Positions 8,436-18,495 of a DNA stretch of 32,000 bases are shown here, in pieces. Under the pieces are notes generated by a model. That model had not been told where the DNA came from. It did no database searches and saw only the letters and a program-made list of their open reading frames with translations. Each line of letters starts with the position of its first letter. Within the stretch, counting starts at the first letter, position 1. The position numbers and the translations under genes were made by a program. This DNA comes from Corynebacterium amycolatum (GTDB taxonomy: Bacteria > Actinomycetota > Actinomycetes > Mycobacteriales > Mycobacteriaceae): NCBI RefSeq assembly GCF_049243625.1, contig NZ_CP046975.1. The stretch is one strand, 5' to 3'.

Positions 8436-8924
8436 ATGAAGGTAGAAAAAGTTGGCGTAATCGCATTATCGGCAGTTGTATGTGCGGCTGCCCTGGCTGG
8501 TTGTGGGGGACAGGACCAGCAACAGGTCGGCCGTGAGGCCGATGACGGCAGTCATGATACGCAGTCGGAGGCACCTACAACGCCTGCCCCGAGTGCTAAT
8601 AATGCGCACAGCAGAAAGCCCGATGAGCCGATTCTGGGCAATATCGGGCCTAATGGCGCCTGTGATGAAAGCGTCATCGCAATCGACCACGAAAAGCCCA
8701 CAGCGCGGATCACATATCACGGTCAGCCTGGTGACCACATCAAGCTGACCATTAATAGCAATAGTCCGGAGCGAGAAGCAGAAACCCAAGGGTTTGAGCT
8801 TTCGAGCACGCTGACCGAGATGCAAATTCCAACAGACATCCCCAACGACACCATTCCGAACATTCAGGTGGAAGCCGATGGGCGAGTGGGGCTCGCCGGC
8901 AACTGTGTCATCGAAGTGAATTAG
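8436..8924 (+). CDS. Hypothetical lipoprotein
   Basis: The 162-aa ORF has a signal peptide ending in the lipobox LAGC (MKVEKVGVIALSAVVCAAALAGCGG), followed by a low-complexity polar linker. Confidence 0.65.
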   Translation: MKVEKVGVIALSAVVCAAALAGCGGQDQQQVGREADDGSHDTQSEAPTTPAPSANNAHSRKPDEPILGNIGPNGACDESVIAIDHEKPTARITYHGQPGDHIKLTINSNSPEREAETQGFELSSTLTEMQIPTDIPNDTIPNIQVEADGRVGLAGNCVIEVN

Positions 8925-8962
8925 AGGCGTAAAACCGGCTATAAATAAGGCCACAGAACTAG

Positions 8963-9035
8963 TCGTCGTAAAGCATGCGCGTGACTGCAGTGACGAAAGA
9001 GAGCGCGTGGGGAGGCGCGCCGTGCTTTACGACGA
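8963..9035. repeat. 13-bp perfect inverted repeat TCGTCGTAAAGCA / TGCTTTACGACGA separated by 47 nt
   Basis: The arms lie at 8963-8975 and 9023-9035. Each arm contains the 11-mer CGTCGTAAAGC, which recurs elsewhere in the window. Confidence 0.8.
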
Positions 9036-9371
9036 TAATTTGTGAGTCGGCCTTCGCACTGATCAAAGTGGCTGAAATTTTTACGCTATTACCTGGGTGT
9101 TTGGAGTAAAGCCCCAGCTCGCGTACTGTTATACAACGATCCCAGAAAAGAATTGGGAACTTGAGACATTACCCAGTAGGCCAGCGAGAGCGGCTGACTG
9201 GGTTTCGCACGTTCAAAATCCCTCCGCTTTTCTCGTGTTAAACCGATGGGCTCACCACTGGATGAGTAATAACTTTTCTTGTGAAGCATTCACACGGATG
9301 GTGGTTACTCCGCTGCGGTCGGCATCGGGCACGAGAATCTCAGGCGGCGAGAGAAAGAAGAAAGAGGCTTC

Positions 9372-9743
9372 ATGCCCACTATTCAGCAGCTGGTCCGTAA
9401 GGGCCGCCATGACAAGAAGGCTAAGGTTGCAACCGCAGCTCTGAAGGGTTCCCCTCAGCGTCGCGGCGTTTGCACCCGTGTTTACACCACCACCCCGAAG
9501 AAGCCGAACTCGGCTCTTCGTAAGGTCGCTCGTGTGCGCCTGACCTCCGGCGTCGAGGTCTCCGCTTACATCCCGGGCGAGGGCCACAACCTGCAGGAGC
9601 ACTCCATGGTGCTCGTCCGCGGTGGTCGTGTTAAGGACCTCCCGGGTGTCCGCTACAAGATCGTCCGTGGTTCCCTCGACACCCAGGGTGTCAAGGACCG
9701 CAAGCAGGCTCGTTCCCGCTACGGCGCAAAGAAGGAGAAGTAA
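9372..9743 (+). CDS. rpsL: 30S ribosomal protein S12
   Basis: [57 protein letters not shown] is the canonical S12 sequence. GAAAGAGG RBS. Confidence 0.98.
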   Translation: MPTIQQLVRKGRHDKKAKVATAALKGSPQRRGVCTRVYTTTPKKPNSALRKVARVRLTSGVEVSAYIPGEGHNLQEHSMVLVRGGRVKDLPGVRYKIVRGSLDTQGVKDRKQARSRYGAKKEK

Positions 9744-9746
9744 GCC

Positions 9747-10217
9747 ATGCCACGTAAGGGCCCAGTACAGAAGCGTCCTGTCGTCAACGACCCGGTCTAC
9801 GGCTCCCCTCTGGTGTCGCAGCTGGTCAACAAGGTTCTGATTGACGGTAAGAAGTCGACCGCAGAGCGCATCGTCTACGGTGCACTTGAGCTGTGCGAAG
9901 AGAAGACCGGTACTGACCCGGTGCTGACTCTGAAGCGCGCAATCGAGAACGTCAAGCCGGCTCTTGAGGTTCGTTCCCGTCGTGTCGGTGGCGCCACCTA
10001 CCAGGTCCCGGTCGAGGTTCGTCCGGGCCGTGGCACCACTCTGGCGCTGCGCTGGCTGCTGATGTTCTCGCGTCAGCGTCGTGAGAACACCATGACCGAG
10101 CGTCTCGCTAACGAGATCCTCGATGCATCCAACGGCCTGGGTGCATCCGTCAAGCGTCGTGAGGACACTCACAAGATGGCGGAAGCAAACCGCGCATTCG
10201 CTCACTACCGCTGGTAA
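9747..10217 (+). CDS. rpsG: 30S ribosomal protein S7
   Basis: [20 protein letters not shown]...RAFAHYRW is the canonical S7 sequence. Confidence 0.98.
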   Translation: MPRKGPVQKRPVVNDPVYGSPLVSQLVNKVLIDGKKSTAERIVYGALELCEEKTGTDPVLTLKRAIENVKPALEVRSRRVGGATYQVPVEVRPGRGTTLALRWLLMFSRQRRENTMTERLANEILDASNGLGASVKRREDTHKMAEANRAFAHYRW

Positions 10218-10247
10218 TCGCTTATCGACGGGGCCGCGAGTGGTCAC

Positions 10248-10258
10248 CGTCGTAAAGC
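10248..10258 (+). repeat. Copy of the intergenic 11-mer CGTCGTAAAGC
   Basis: Exact match in the rpsG-fusA spacer. Confidence 0.7.
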
Positions 10259-10515
10259 AGCTGCCGGTATGTCAACGGCGCGCGTCGGTCGCGGTCCACG
10301 GATCTTTAAGGGTCACTCAAATAGGGCCAGCCCGGCGCTTACACCTGATGTCTTGCGTAGAATTTACGCAAAAGGTGTACGTCACGGCGCGACTTCGCGC
10401 CAAGACGGTGGCATTATAGATAAAGCAAACCCGACCGACGGCGGATTTGACGGCCAATTGCAATCCCGTAATTGAGCCTCACCGCCAAACCGATTTGAAA
10501 CGAGTGGGGAATCAA

Positions 10516-12648
10516 GTGGCTGAAGGTGCACTTCCCGTTAAGAAGGACCTCCACAAGGTCCGCAACATCGGCATCATGGCGCACATCGATGCTGGTAAGA
10601 CGACTACGACCGAGCGCATCCTGTACTACACGGGTATTAACCGCAAGGTCGGCGAGACTCACGATGGTGCGTCCACAACCGACTGGATGGAGCAGGAGAA
10701 GGAGCGCGGTATTACCATTACCTCCGCTGCTGTGACCTGTTTCTGGAACGACAACCAGATCAACATCATCGATACCCCGGGTCACGTCGACTTCACCGTT
10801 GAGGTCGAGCGTTCCTTGCGTGTGCTCGACGGTGCCGTCGCAGTCTTCGACGGTAAGGAAGGTGTCGAGCCGCAGTCTGAGCAGGTTTGGCGTCAGGCTC
10901 AGAAGTACGATGTCCCACGTATTTGCTTCGTCAACAAGATGGACAAGCTGGGCGCTGACTTCTACTACACCGTTGGCACCATCGTTGACCGCCTGGGCGC
11001 TAAGCCGTTGGTTATGCAGCTGCCGATTGGCGCTGAGGATGACTTCGACGGCGTTGTTGACCTGCTGGAGATGAAGGCCCTCATGTGGCCGGGCAAGGTC
11101 GAGATTGGCACTCCTGCGCAGGTCGAGGAGATTCCGGCTGACCTGGTCGACAAGGCTAACGAGTACCGTGAGAAGCTCATTGAGACCGTCGCTGAGTCCG
11201 ACGAGGAGCTCATGGAAAAGTACTTCGGTGGCGAAGAGCTGACCATGGACGAGATTAAGGGCGCCATCCGCAAGATGGTTCTGAACTCTGAGGTCTACCC
11301 GGTCTACTGTGGTACCGCTTACAAGAACAAGGGTGTTGAGCCGCTGCTCGACGCTGTCATTGACTTCCTGCCGAATCCGCTGGACATCGGTGAGGTGCAC
11401 GGCCACCAGATGGGCGACGAGGACGTCGATATGGTTCGTAAGCCGTCTAAGGATGAGCCGTTCTCTGCTCTTGCATTCAAGATCGCTGCTCACCCGTTCT
11501 TCGGTAAGCTGACCTTCGTCCGCGTTTACTCCGGTCGCGTGGAGCCGGGCCAGCAGGTCCTGAACTCCACCAAGGACAAGAAGGAGCGCGTCGGTAAGCT
11601 GTTCCAGATGCACGCCAACAAGGAGAACCCTGTTGACGAGGCAGTGGCAGGTAACATCTACGCCTTCATTGGTCTGAAGGACACCACCACTGGTGACACC
11701 CTGTGTGCACAGGATGCTCCAATCGTTCTGGAGTCCATGTCCTTCCCGGATCCGGTTATCTCCGTTGCTATTGAGCCGAAGTCCAAGGCTGACCAGGAGA
11801 AGCTGAGTACCGCTATTCAGCGTCTTGCTGAAGAGGACCCGACCTTCACCGTTCGCCTGGATGAGGAAACCGGCCAGACCGTTATCGGCGGTATGGGCGA
11901 GCTCCACCTTGACGTCCTGGTTGACCGCATGAAGCGCGAGTTCAAGGTCGAAGCAAACATCGGTAACCCGCAGGTTGCTTACCGCGAGACCATCCGCAAG
12001 CCGGTCGAGAAGTTCGAGTACACCCACAAGAAGCAGACCGGTGGTTCGGGTCAGTTCGCCCGCGTCATCATTGCTCTGGAGCCTTACGCTCCGTCTACTG
12101 ACGAGGTTGAAGAGGGTGAGTCCACCACTTACAAGTTCGTCAACGAGGTGACCGGTGGCCGTGTTCCGAAGGAATACATTCCATCTGTCGACGCTGGTAT
12201 TCAGGACGCAATGCAGTACGGTACCCTGGCTGGCTACCCGCTGGTGAACATCCAGGCAACCCTGCTCGACGGTGCTTACCACGAGGTTGACTCCTCTGAA
12301 ATGGCCTTCAAGATTGCTGGTCAGCAGGCTCTGAAGGAAGCTGTCCAGAAGGCTAAGCCGGTCCTGCTTGAGCCGATGATGGCCGTTGAGGTCATTACTC
12401 CGGAAGAGTACATGGGTGAGGTCATCGGTGACATCAACTCCCGTCGTGGTCAGGTTAACTCCATGGAGGACCGTACGGGCGTCAAGGCTGTTAAGGCTCT
12501 GGTTCCGCTGTCCGAGATGTTTGGCTACGTTGGTGACCTGCGTTCCAAGACCCAGGGTCGCGCTAACTACACCATGATCTTCGACTCCTACGCTGAGGTT
12601 CCTTCCTCCGTGGCCGAGGAGATCATTGCAGCGCGCACCGGCGCTTAA
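10516..12648 (+). CDS. fusA: Elongation factor G
   Basis: [40 protein letters not shown] is followed by full-length EF-G. I chose the GTG at 10516 (GGGGA upstream), giving 710 aa. The track start at 10447 adds a non-homologous extension. Confidence 0.97.
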   Translation: MAEGALPVKKDLHKVRNIGIMAHIDAGKTTTTERILYYTGINRKVGETHDGASTTDWMEQEKERGITITSAAVTCFWNDNQINIIDTPGHVDFTVEVERSLRVLDGAVAVFDGKEGVEPQSEQVWRQAQKYDVPRICFVNKMDKLGADFYYTVGTIVDRLGAKPLVMQLPIGAEDDFDGVVDLLEMKALMWPGKVEIGTPAQVEEIPADLVDKANEYREKLIETVAESDEELMEKYFGGEELTMDEIKGAIRKMVLNSEVYPVYCGTAYKNKGVEPLLDAVIDFLPNPLDIGEVHGHQMGDEDVDMVRKPSKDEPFSALAFKIAAHPFFGKLTFVRVYSGRVEPGQQVLNSTKDKKERVGKLFQMHANKENPVDEAVAGNIYAFIGLKDTTTGDTLCAQDAPIVLESMSFPDPVISVAIEPKSKADQEKLSTAIQRLAEEDPTFTVRLDEETGQTVIGGMGELHLDVLVDRMKREFKVEANIGNPQVAYRETIRKPVEKFEYTHKKQTGGSGQFARVIIALEPYAPSTDEVEEGESTTYKFVNEVTGGRVPKEYIPSVDAGIQDAMQYGTLAGYPLVNIQATLLDGAYHEVDSSEMAFKIAGQQALKEAVQKAKPVLLEPMMAVEVITPEEYMGEVIGDINSRRGQVNSMEDRTGVKAVKALVPLSEMFGYVGDLRSKTQGRANYTMIFDSYAEVPSSVAEEIIAARTGA

Positions 12649-12958
12649 ATTGCATCGGCAGGGTGGGGCGCTCTATCAGGGCTGACCCCATCTCTGTGCG
12701 CACTGCGCTGTCACTCTTTTTAGACGGTGCAGTGCGAGGGTCTGCAGCTTTTTAGTAGATTCCCTTAAGATTTGACTGTGCTGAGATGTCGCCAGACTCT
12801 TGGCTCGTGTTAGCACAGGCAAGCTCTTGGGGTAGCTGCTCGCAATTCATATCGTTGGGCGATTTTAGATCGCAACTCAAATATCTAGTATTTATGCAGG
12901 TAAATGACGATGTGAGTTGCTGGCCGTTACCCACCCTTAACTAGGGGGTTGGTCTGGT

Positions 12959-12988
12959 TTGGAAAACTCCAGTATCCTGCCCTAGTAT
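12959..12988 (+). promoter_or_regulatory. Candidate tuf promoter (TTGGAA-N18-TAGTAT)
   Basis: The -35-like TTGGAA is at 12959-12964 and the -10 TAGTAT is at 12983-12988. Flanking strings (tggccgttaccc, gtaactggcaca, cacagtgaaag, gtggctgcgaRagtcgtRgccacc, tccaggaggac) match my recollection of the C. glutamicum Ptuf region in the equivalent order. Confidence 0.5.
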
Positions 12989-13151
12989 CGAGTAACTGGC
13001 ACAGTGAAAGAATAGTGCTCTTTTGCGCGCGCACGTTCCGAAGTCGTAAGCGAACAGCTTGAAAGCTTCTGATGTTGTGAAGGCGGATTGAGTGACCACA
13101 AAATTGTGGCTGCGAGAGTCGTGGCCACCTAGACCTCCAGGAGGACTAAAA

Positions 13152-14342
13152 GTGGCAAAGGCGAAGTTCGAGCGTACGAAGCCGCACGTCAACATCGGTA
13201 CCATTGGTCACGTTGACCACGGTAAGACCACCACTACCGCCGCTATCACCAAGGTTCTGGCTGACAAGTACCCGGACCTGAACCAGTCGTTCGCTTTCGA
13301 CGCTATTGACAAGGCGCCGGAAGAGCGGGAGCGCGGTATTACCATCAACGTCTCGCACGTTGAGTACCAGACCGAGAAGCGTCACTACGCTCACGTCGAC
13401 GCTCCGGGCCACGCCGACTACATCAAGAACATGATCACCGGTGCTGCTCAGATGGACGGCGCGATTCTGGTTGTCGCCGCTACCGACGGTCCGATGCCGC
13501 AGACCCGTGAGCACGTTCTCCTGGCTCGCCAGGTTGGCGTTCCGTACATCCTCGTTGCACTGAACAAGTGCGACATGGTTGACGATGAAGAGATCATCGA
13601 ACTCGTCGAGATGGAGATTCGCGAGCTGCTGGCTGAGCAGGACTACGACGAAGAGGCTCCGATTGTTCACATCTCCGCTCTGAAGGCTCTTGAGGGCGAC
13701 GAGAAGTGGGCAGAGTCCATCGTCGAGCTCATGCAGGCTTGTGACGACAACATCCCGGACCCGGTCCGCGAGACCGACAAGCCGTTCCTGATGCCGATTG
13801 AGGACATCTTCACCATTACCGGTCGCGGCACCGTTGCTACCGGTCGTGTTGAGCGCGGCGTTCTGAACGTCAACGACGAGGTGGAGATTCTGGGCATCAA
13901 GGAGAAGTCCCAGAAGACCACCGTTACCGGTATCGAGATGTTCCGCAAGCTGCTGGATTCCGCTGAGGCTGGCGACAACTGTGGTCTGCTGCTCCGCGGT
14001 ACCAAGCGTGAGGACATCGAGCGCGGTCAGATCGTTGCTAAGCCGGGCGCTTACACCCCGCACACCGAGTTCGAGGGTTCCGTCTACATCCTGTCCAAGG
14101 ATGAGGGCGGCCGCCACACCCCGTTCTTCAACAACTACCGTCCGCAGTTCTACTTCCGCACCACCGACGTCACCGGCGTCGTTTCCCTGCCGGAAGGTGT
14201 CGAGATGGTCATGCCGGGCGACAACGTTGACATGTCTGTCAAGCTGATCCAGCCGGTCGCAATGGACGAGGGCCTGCGCTTCGCTATCCGCGAGGGTGGC
14301 CGCACCGTCGGCGCTGGCCGCGTTACCAAGATCATTAAGTAA
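13152..14342 (+). CDS. tuf: Elongation factor Tu
   Basis: [27 protein letters not shown]...GRVTKIIK, 396 aa. The GTG at 13152 is preceded by CCAGGAGGA. The track start at 13092 is an upstream in-frame extension. Confidence 0.98.
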   Translation: MAKAKFERTKPHVNIGTIGHVDHGKTTTTAAITKVLADKYPDLNQSFAFDAIDKAPEERERGITINVSHVEYQTEKRHYAHVDAPGHADYIKNMITGAAQMDGAILVVAATDGPMPQTREHVLLARQVGVPYILVALNKCDMVDDEEIIELVEMEIRELLAEQDYDEEAPIVHISALKALEGDEKWAESIVELMQACDDNIPDPVRETDKPFLMPIEDIFTITGRGTVATGRVERGVLNVNDEVEILGIKEKSQKTTVTGIEMFRKLLDSAEAGDNCGLLLRGTKREDIERGQIVAKPGAYTPHTEFEGSVYILSKDEGGRHTPFFNNYRPQFYFRTTDVTGVVSLPEGVEMVMPGDNVDMSVKLIQPVAMDEGLRFAIREGGRTVGAGRVTKIIK

Positions 14343-14384
14343 GTCTTCTCCCCAATGGGGAAATGCTTTAGCTAGGTCTTAGAA

Positions 14385-14424
14385 GAATCCCGACTCCGCG
14401 TAAGCGGAAGTCGGGATTCTTTGT
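14385..14424 (+). terminator. Rho-independent terminator after tuf
   Basis: An 11-bp perfect stem, gaatcccgact (14385-14395) / agtcgggattc (14409-14419), is followed by tttgt. Confidence 0.8.
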
Positions 14425-14470
14425 ATCTGTACATAGCCGACATTAGACGGGATGGGACCGGCGCAATAGC

Positions 14471-14481
14471 CGTCGTTAAGC
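14471..14481 (+). repeat. One-mismatch copy of the intergenic 11-mer (CGTCGTTAAGC)
   Basis: Located in the tuf-rpsJ spacer, with a single A-to-T difference from the consensus. Confidence 0.4.
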
Positions 14482-14741
14482 AGACTGTTCCGTAATGGGT
14501 GTGATGTACGTTGCACTTTGGAATCGCGATTTTACATTTGCAGTGTGGTCGTGCTTTAATACGGAGGTTGCTTTAACAAAGGCGTTCGCGCCAATTGTTG
14601 TATCAGGCCCAGCTGGGAACCAGTACGAAATTGGACTTAGCGCCTATGGTAAGGCGAGCATGACCACGTAGGGAAGTTTCTTCCCAATCGTGCCTCACGG
14701 AGAAAACGGGCGACACGCCCGACCGCGGGGGTCGGAGGTGG

Positions 14742-14869
14742 CATGGCAAATTAACAGCGGCAGTAGGCAAAATGAAGAGCCCCACGAGGGGGGACTTGTT
14801 TTCCACTGGGATTTGAGTGCAAGGCGTTATTCGTCCGCTCGGGTCATGGCCAAAAGTTAATTTGCCATG
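14742..14869. repeat. 14-bp perfect inverted repeat CATGGCAAATTAAC / GTTAATTTGCCATG separated by 100 nt
   Basis: The arms lie at 14742-14755 and 14856-14869 in the non-coding tuf-rpsJ spacer. Confidence 0.8.
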
Positions 14870-15013
14870 ACGATCGAAGACGAAATCGCTTTGAAGTAAT
14901 GCACAACCCAGTTTTAATTTCTGGCGCTGGCCATAGTTGCTGACGGCGTCGAGAAACATTGACAGGGTCGACGCCCCTTTAATTGGGGCGCGCCGACCGA
15001 GGAGAGGACAAGC

Positions 15014-15319
15014 GTGGCCGGACAGAAGATCCGCATCAGGCTCAAGGCCTACGACCACGAGGCTATCGACGCTTCTGCGCGAAAGATCGTGGAGACCGTT
15101 ACCCGTACGGGTGCACGCGTCGTTGGCCCGGTGCCGTTGCCAACCGAAAAGAACGTTTACTGCGTTATCCGTTCGCCGCACAAGTACAAGGACTCGCGCG
15201 AGCACTTCGAGATGCGCACTCACAAGCGTCTGATCGACATTCTCGATCCAACGCCGAAGACCGTCGATGCACTTATGCGCATTGACCTTCCGGCAAGTGT
15301 CGATGTGAACATTCAGTGA
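15014..15319 (+). CDS. rpsJ: 30S ribosomal protein S10
   Basis: The GTG start is preceded by GAGGAGAGG. (M)[33 protein letters not shown] is the canonical S10 sequence. Confidence 0.98.
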   Translation: MAGQKIRIRLKAYDHEAIDASARKIVETVTRTGARVVGPVPLPTEKNVYCVIRSPHKYKDSREHFEMRTHKRLIDILDPTPKTVDALMRIDLPASVDVNIQ

Positions 15320-15350
15320 TCCTGGACTTTTGGTAGCGGAGACAAGATAA

Positions 15351-16007
15351 ATGAGTGAAAACGAGATCAAGGGCATCCTGGGCACGAAGCTCGGTATGAC
15401 TCAGATCTTCGACGAGGAAAACCGCGTTGTTCCGGTTACCGTCGTTGAGGCTGGGCCGTGCGTAGTGACTCAGGTGCGCACTAAGGAAACCGACGGCTAC
15501 GACGCCGTCCAGATTGCATACGGCGAAATTGACCCACGTAAGGTCAACAAGCCGGAGGCCGGCCACTTCAAGAAGGCCGGTGTGACCCCGCGTCGCCACA
15601 GCGTCGAGATTCGCACCCCGGACGCTTCCTCTTACGAGGTCGGCCAGTCCGTTGGTGTCGACATCTTTGGCGAAATTGAGTACGTCGACGTCACTGGTAC
15701 CTCCAAGGGCCACGGCTTTGCCGGTGGTATGAAGCGCCACGGCTTTGCTGGCCAGGGTGCTGCTCACGGTAACCAGGCTGCTCACCGTCGTGTTGGTGGC
15801 ATTGGCGCCTGCGCCACGCCAGGACGCGTCTTCAAGGGCAAGCGCATGGCAGGCCGCATGGGTAACGACCGGGTCACAACCCAGAACCTGAAGATCCAGA
15901 AGGTTGACGCTGACGCGAACCTGCTGCTCATCAAGGGCGCAGTTCCGGGTGCACGCGGCGGCCTGCTGGTTGTTAAGACTGCCACGAAGGGTGGTGCTCA
16001 CGCATGA
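15351..16007 (+). CDS. rplC: 50S ribosomal protein L3
   Basis: [35 protein letters not shown] is an L3 hallmark. Confidence 0.98.
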   Translation: MSENEIKGILGTKLGMTQIFDEENRVVPVTVVEAGPCVVTQVRTKETDGYDAVQIAYGEIDPRKVNKPEAGHFKKAGVTPRRHSVEIRTPDASSYEVGQSVGVDIFGEIEYVDVTGTSKGHGFAGGMKRHGFAGQGAAHGNQAAHRRVGGIGACATPGRVFKGKRMAGRMGNDRVTTQNLKIQKVDADANLLLIKGAVPGARGGLLVVKTATKGGAHA

Positions 16008-16651
16008 CCAACCTCAAGCTAGACGTACACACCGCTGAAGGCGGCGTGAACGGTTCGGTTGAGCTTCCTGCTTCCGTGTTCGACGCGGAGGTGTCCATCG
16101 CCCTGATGCACCAGGTTGTTGTCGCGCAGCGTGCAGCAGCTCGCCAGGGCACCCACAAGGTCAAGACCCGCGGCGAGGTTCGCGGCGGTGGCCGCAAGCC
16201 GTGGCGCCAGAAGGGTACCGGTCGCGCTCGTCAGGGTTCGATCCGTGCTCCGCACTGGACCGGCGGTGGCATTGTCCACGGCCCGGTGCCGCGCGACTAC
16301 AGCCAGCGCACCCCGAAGAAGATGATTGCAGCTGCACTGCGTGGCGCACTCTCTGACCGTGCTCGCCACGACCGCATCCACGTTGTCGAGGAACTGGTCC
16401 CAGGCCAGACCCCGTCCACCAAGGCAGCTCGTACTTTCGTCGAGCGTCTGACTGAGCGCAACAACGTGCTCGTCGTTCTGCCACGCGAGGACGTCAACTC
16501 GTGGAAGTCGGTTCGTAACCTGCCAGGTGTCCACATCCTGTCTGAGGATCAGCTGAACACCTACGACGTTCTGAAGGCCGATGACGTCATCTTCGCCGTT
16601 CAGGCGCTTAATGACTTCATCACTCGCACCGCCGGTAAGGAGGAGAAGTAA
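16004..16651 (+). CDS. rplD: 50S ribosomal protein L4
   Basis: The start overlaps the rplC stop (ATGA). ...[31 protein letters not shown] is an L4 hallmark. Confidence 0.98.
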   Translation: MTNLKLDVHTAEGGVNGSVELPASVFDAEVSIALMHQVVVAQRAAARQGTHKVKTRGEVRGGGRKPWRQKGTGRARQGSIRAPHWTGGGIVHGPVPRDYSQRTPKKMIAAALRGALSDRARHDRIHVVEELVPGQTPSTKAARTFVERLTERNNVLVVLPREDVNSWKSVRNLPGVHILSEDQLNTYDVLKADDVIFAVQALNDFITRTAGKEEK

Positions 16652-16956
16652 TGGCTACCATCGCAGATCCCCGCGACATCATTGTTGCACCGGTAGTGTC
16701 TGAGAAGTCCTACGGACTCATGGAGCAGGGCGTTTACACGTTCCTGGTTCACACCGACGCTAACAAGACCCAGATCAAGATCGCGGTCCAGGAGATTTTC
16801 GGTGTCAAGGTCGCTTCCGTCAACACCCTCAACCGTGAGGGCAAGCGCAAGCGTTCCCGCACCGGCTACGGCAAGCGCAAGAACACCAAGCGCGCCTACG
16901 TGACTCTCGCGGCCGGCAGCGATCCCATCGACATCTTCGGCGGTTCGGCAGCCTAG
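16651..16956 (+). CDS. rplW: 50S ribosomal protein L23
   Basis: The start overlaps the rplD stop (TAATG). [16 protein letters not shown]...KRAYVTL is the L23 pattern. Confidence 0.97.
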   Translation: MATIADPRDIIVAPVVSEKSYGLMEQGVYTFLVHTDANKTQIKIAVQEIFGVKVASVNTLNREGKRKRSRTGYGKRKNTKRAYVTLAAGSDPIDIFGGSAA

Positions 16957-16993
16957 CCGCTAGCCGACGAGGAAGTTAAGGAAGAGCAAGAGT

Positions 16994-17836
16994 ATGGCTA
17001 TTCGTAAGTACAAGCCGACTACGCCGGGTCGCCGCCAGAGCTCCGTCTCCGAGTTCAGCGAGGTTACTCGCTCGACTCCTGAGAAGTCTCTGCTGCGCCC
17101 GCTGTCGAAGACTGGTGGCCGTAACGTACACGGCCACATCACCACTCGCCACAAGGGTGGCGGACACAAGCGCCAGTACCGTGTCATCGACTTCCGTCGT
17201 AATGACAAGGACGGCATTCCGGCAAAGGTCGCTCACATCGAGTACGACCCGAACCGTACCGCCAACATCGCACTGTTGCACTACGCAGACGGTGAGAAGC
17301 GCTACATCATCGCTCCGAAGAACCTGAAGCAGGGTGCCATCGTTGAGTCTGGCGCTAATGCCGACATCAAGGTTGGCAACAACCTGCCGCTGCGTAACAT
17401 CCCGACCGGTTCCACCATTCACTGCGTGGAGCTCAAGCCGGGTGCCGGTGCACAGCTGGCACGTTCTGCTGGTGCTTCTATTCAGCTTCTCGGTAAGGAA
17501 GGCAAGTACGCAGTTCTGCGTATGCCTTCTTCTGAGATTCGTCGCGTTGACGCTCGTTGCCGCGCAACCGTCGGTGAGGTCGGAAATCAGGATCAGATCA
17601 ACATTCGTTGGGGCAAGGCCGGCCGTATGCGCTGGAAGGGCTGGCGCCCGACTGTCCGCGGTGTTGTCATGAACCCGGTCGACCACCCGCACGGTGGTGG
17701 TGAGGGTAAGACCTCCGGTGGTCGCCACCCGGTTTCCCCGTGGGGCCAGAAGGAAGGCCGCACCCGTAAGCCGAACCGCCCGAGCGACCAGCTGATCGTT
17801 CGTCGCCGTCGTACCAACAAGAATAAGAAGCGCTAA
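16994..17836 (+). CDS. rplB: 50S ribosomal protein L2
   Basis: [21 protein letters not shown]...[26 protein letters not shown]. Confidence 0.98.
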   Translation: MAIRKYKPTTPGRRQSSVSEFSEVTRSTPEKSLLRPLSKTGGRNVHGHITTRHKGGGHKRQYRVIDFRRNDKDGIPAKVAHIEYDPNRTANIALLHYADGEKRYIIAPKNLKQGAIVESGANADIKVGNNLPLRNIPTGSTIHCVELKPGAGAQLARSAGASIQLLGKEGKYAVLRMPSSEIRRVDARCRATVGEVGNQDQINIRWGKAGRMRWKGWRPTVRGVVMNPVDHPHGGGEGKTSGGRHPVSPWGQKEGRTRKPNRPSDQLIVRRRRTNKNKKR

Positions 17837-17850
17837 GGAGGGAACTGAGA

Positions 17851-18129
17851 ATGCCACGCAGCCTTAAGAAGGGCCCGTTCGTCGATGAGCACCTCCTCGC
17901 GAAGGTCGATGCACAGAACGAGAAGGGCACCAAGCAGGTCATCAAGACCTGGTCTCGCCGCTCCACGATTCTCCCCGATTTCATCGGCCACACCTTCGCC
18001 GTTCACGACGGTCGCAAGCACGTGCCGGTGTTCGTGGATGACTCTATGGTCGGCCACAAGCTGGGCGAATTCGCCCCGACCAAGACCTTCAAGGGTCACG
18101 TCAAGGATGACAAGAAGGGACGTCGATAA
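17851..18129 (+). CDS. rpsS: 30S ribosomal protein S19
   Basis: [19 protein letters not shown]...[17 protein letters not shown]. Confidence 0.98.
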   Translation: MPRSLKKGPFVDEHLLAKVDAQNEKGTKQVIKTWSRRSTILPDFIGHTFAVHDGRKHVPVFVDDSMVGHKLGEFAPTKTFKGHVKDDKKGRR

Positions 18130-18132
18130 GCC

Positions 18133-18495
18133 ATGAGCAACGACATTACTTCTGCACGCGCAACTGCGCGCTTCGTCCGCGTTACTCCGATGAAGGCACG
18201 TCGCGTCCTGGACACCGTTCGCGGTAAGTCCGTCGACGAGGCACTGAACATCCTGGAGTACGCACCGCAGGGTGCTGCTGATCCAGTTGCCAAGGTTGTT
18301 GCGTCTGCAGCTGCAAATGCTGAGAACAACTTCGGCCTGGACCGTCGTACTCTGGTCATCTCCGAGGCTTACGCCAACGAGGGACCGACCATGAAGCGCT
18401 TCCGCCCGCGTGCGCAGGGCCGTGCTTTCCACGTCCGCAAGCGCACCAGCCACATCACCGTGGTCGTCGAGAGCCAGAAGGAAGGTGACCGATAG
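18133..18495 (+). CDS. rplV: 50S ribosomal protein L22
   Basis: [39 protein letters not shown]. Confidence 0.97.
   Translation: MSNDITSARATARFVRVTPMKARRVLDTVRGKSVDEALNILEYAPQGAADPVAKVVASAAANAENNFGLDRRTLVISEAYANEGPTMKRFRPRAQGRAFHVRKRTSHITVVVESQKEGDR

Noticed and set aside
7501-8574. 357-aa minus-strand ORF opposite the Cfa-family methyltransferase
   Set aside because: It is an antisense shadow. The plus-strand product has clear SAM-methyltransferase motifs.
10269-10475. 68-aa ORF in the rpsG-fusA spacer
   Set aside because: Its composition is Arg/Gly-rich, it has no RBS, and it overlaps hairpin and palindrome elements. It is more likely non-coding.
9252-12282. Long minus-strand ORFs (331 aa at 9252-10247 and 622 aa at 10414-12282) antisense to rpsL/rpsG and fusA
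   Set aside because: These are shadow ORFs that arise opposite highly expressed GC3-rich genes. Their translations are low-complexity (rich in L, V, R, D, T), show no recognisable motifs, and overlap unmistakable conserved genes completely.
12752-13204. Minus-strand ORFs of 60 and 87 aa in the fusA-tuf spacer
   Set aside because: They lie antisense to the tuf promoter and 5' UTR region that is conserved with C. glutamicum. They have no RBS and no recognisable product.
13146-14117. 323-aa minus-strand ORF antisense to tuf
   Set aside because: This is the same antisense-shadow artefact. EF-Tu on the plus strand is unambiguous.
14495-14671. 58-aa plus-strand ORF (MGVMYVALWNRDFTFAVWSCFNTEV...) in the tuf-rpsJ spacer
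   Set aside because: It has no Shine-Dalgarno sequence upstream, its codon usage (TTT, AAT, TTA, ACA) is unlike the neighbouring genes, and the translation has no recognisable features.
14959-14987. Consensus -35 TTGACA upstream of rpsJ as the S10 operon promoter
   Set aside because: No acceptable -10 hexamer lies at 16-18 nt spacing. The T/A-rich tttaatt begins only 13 nt downstream and is the loop of a hairpin. I left it uncalled pending TSS data.
14603-15385. 260-aa minus-strand ORF spanning the tuf-rpsJ spacer and rpsJ
   Set aside because: It overlaps rpsJ antisense, has no RBS, and its translation has no family resemblance. The part in the spacer coincides with hairpin-rich non-coding sequence.
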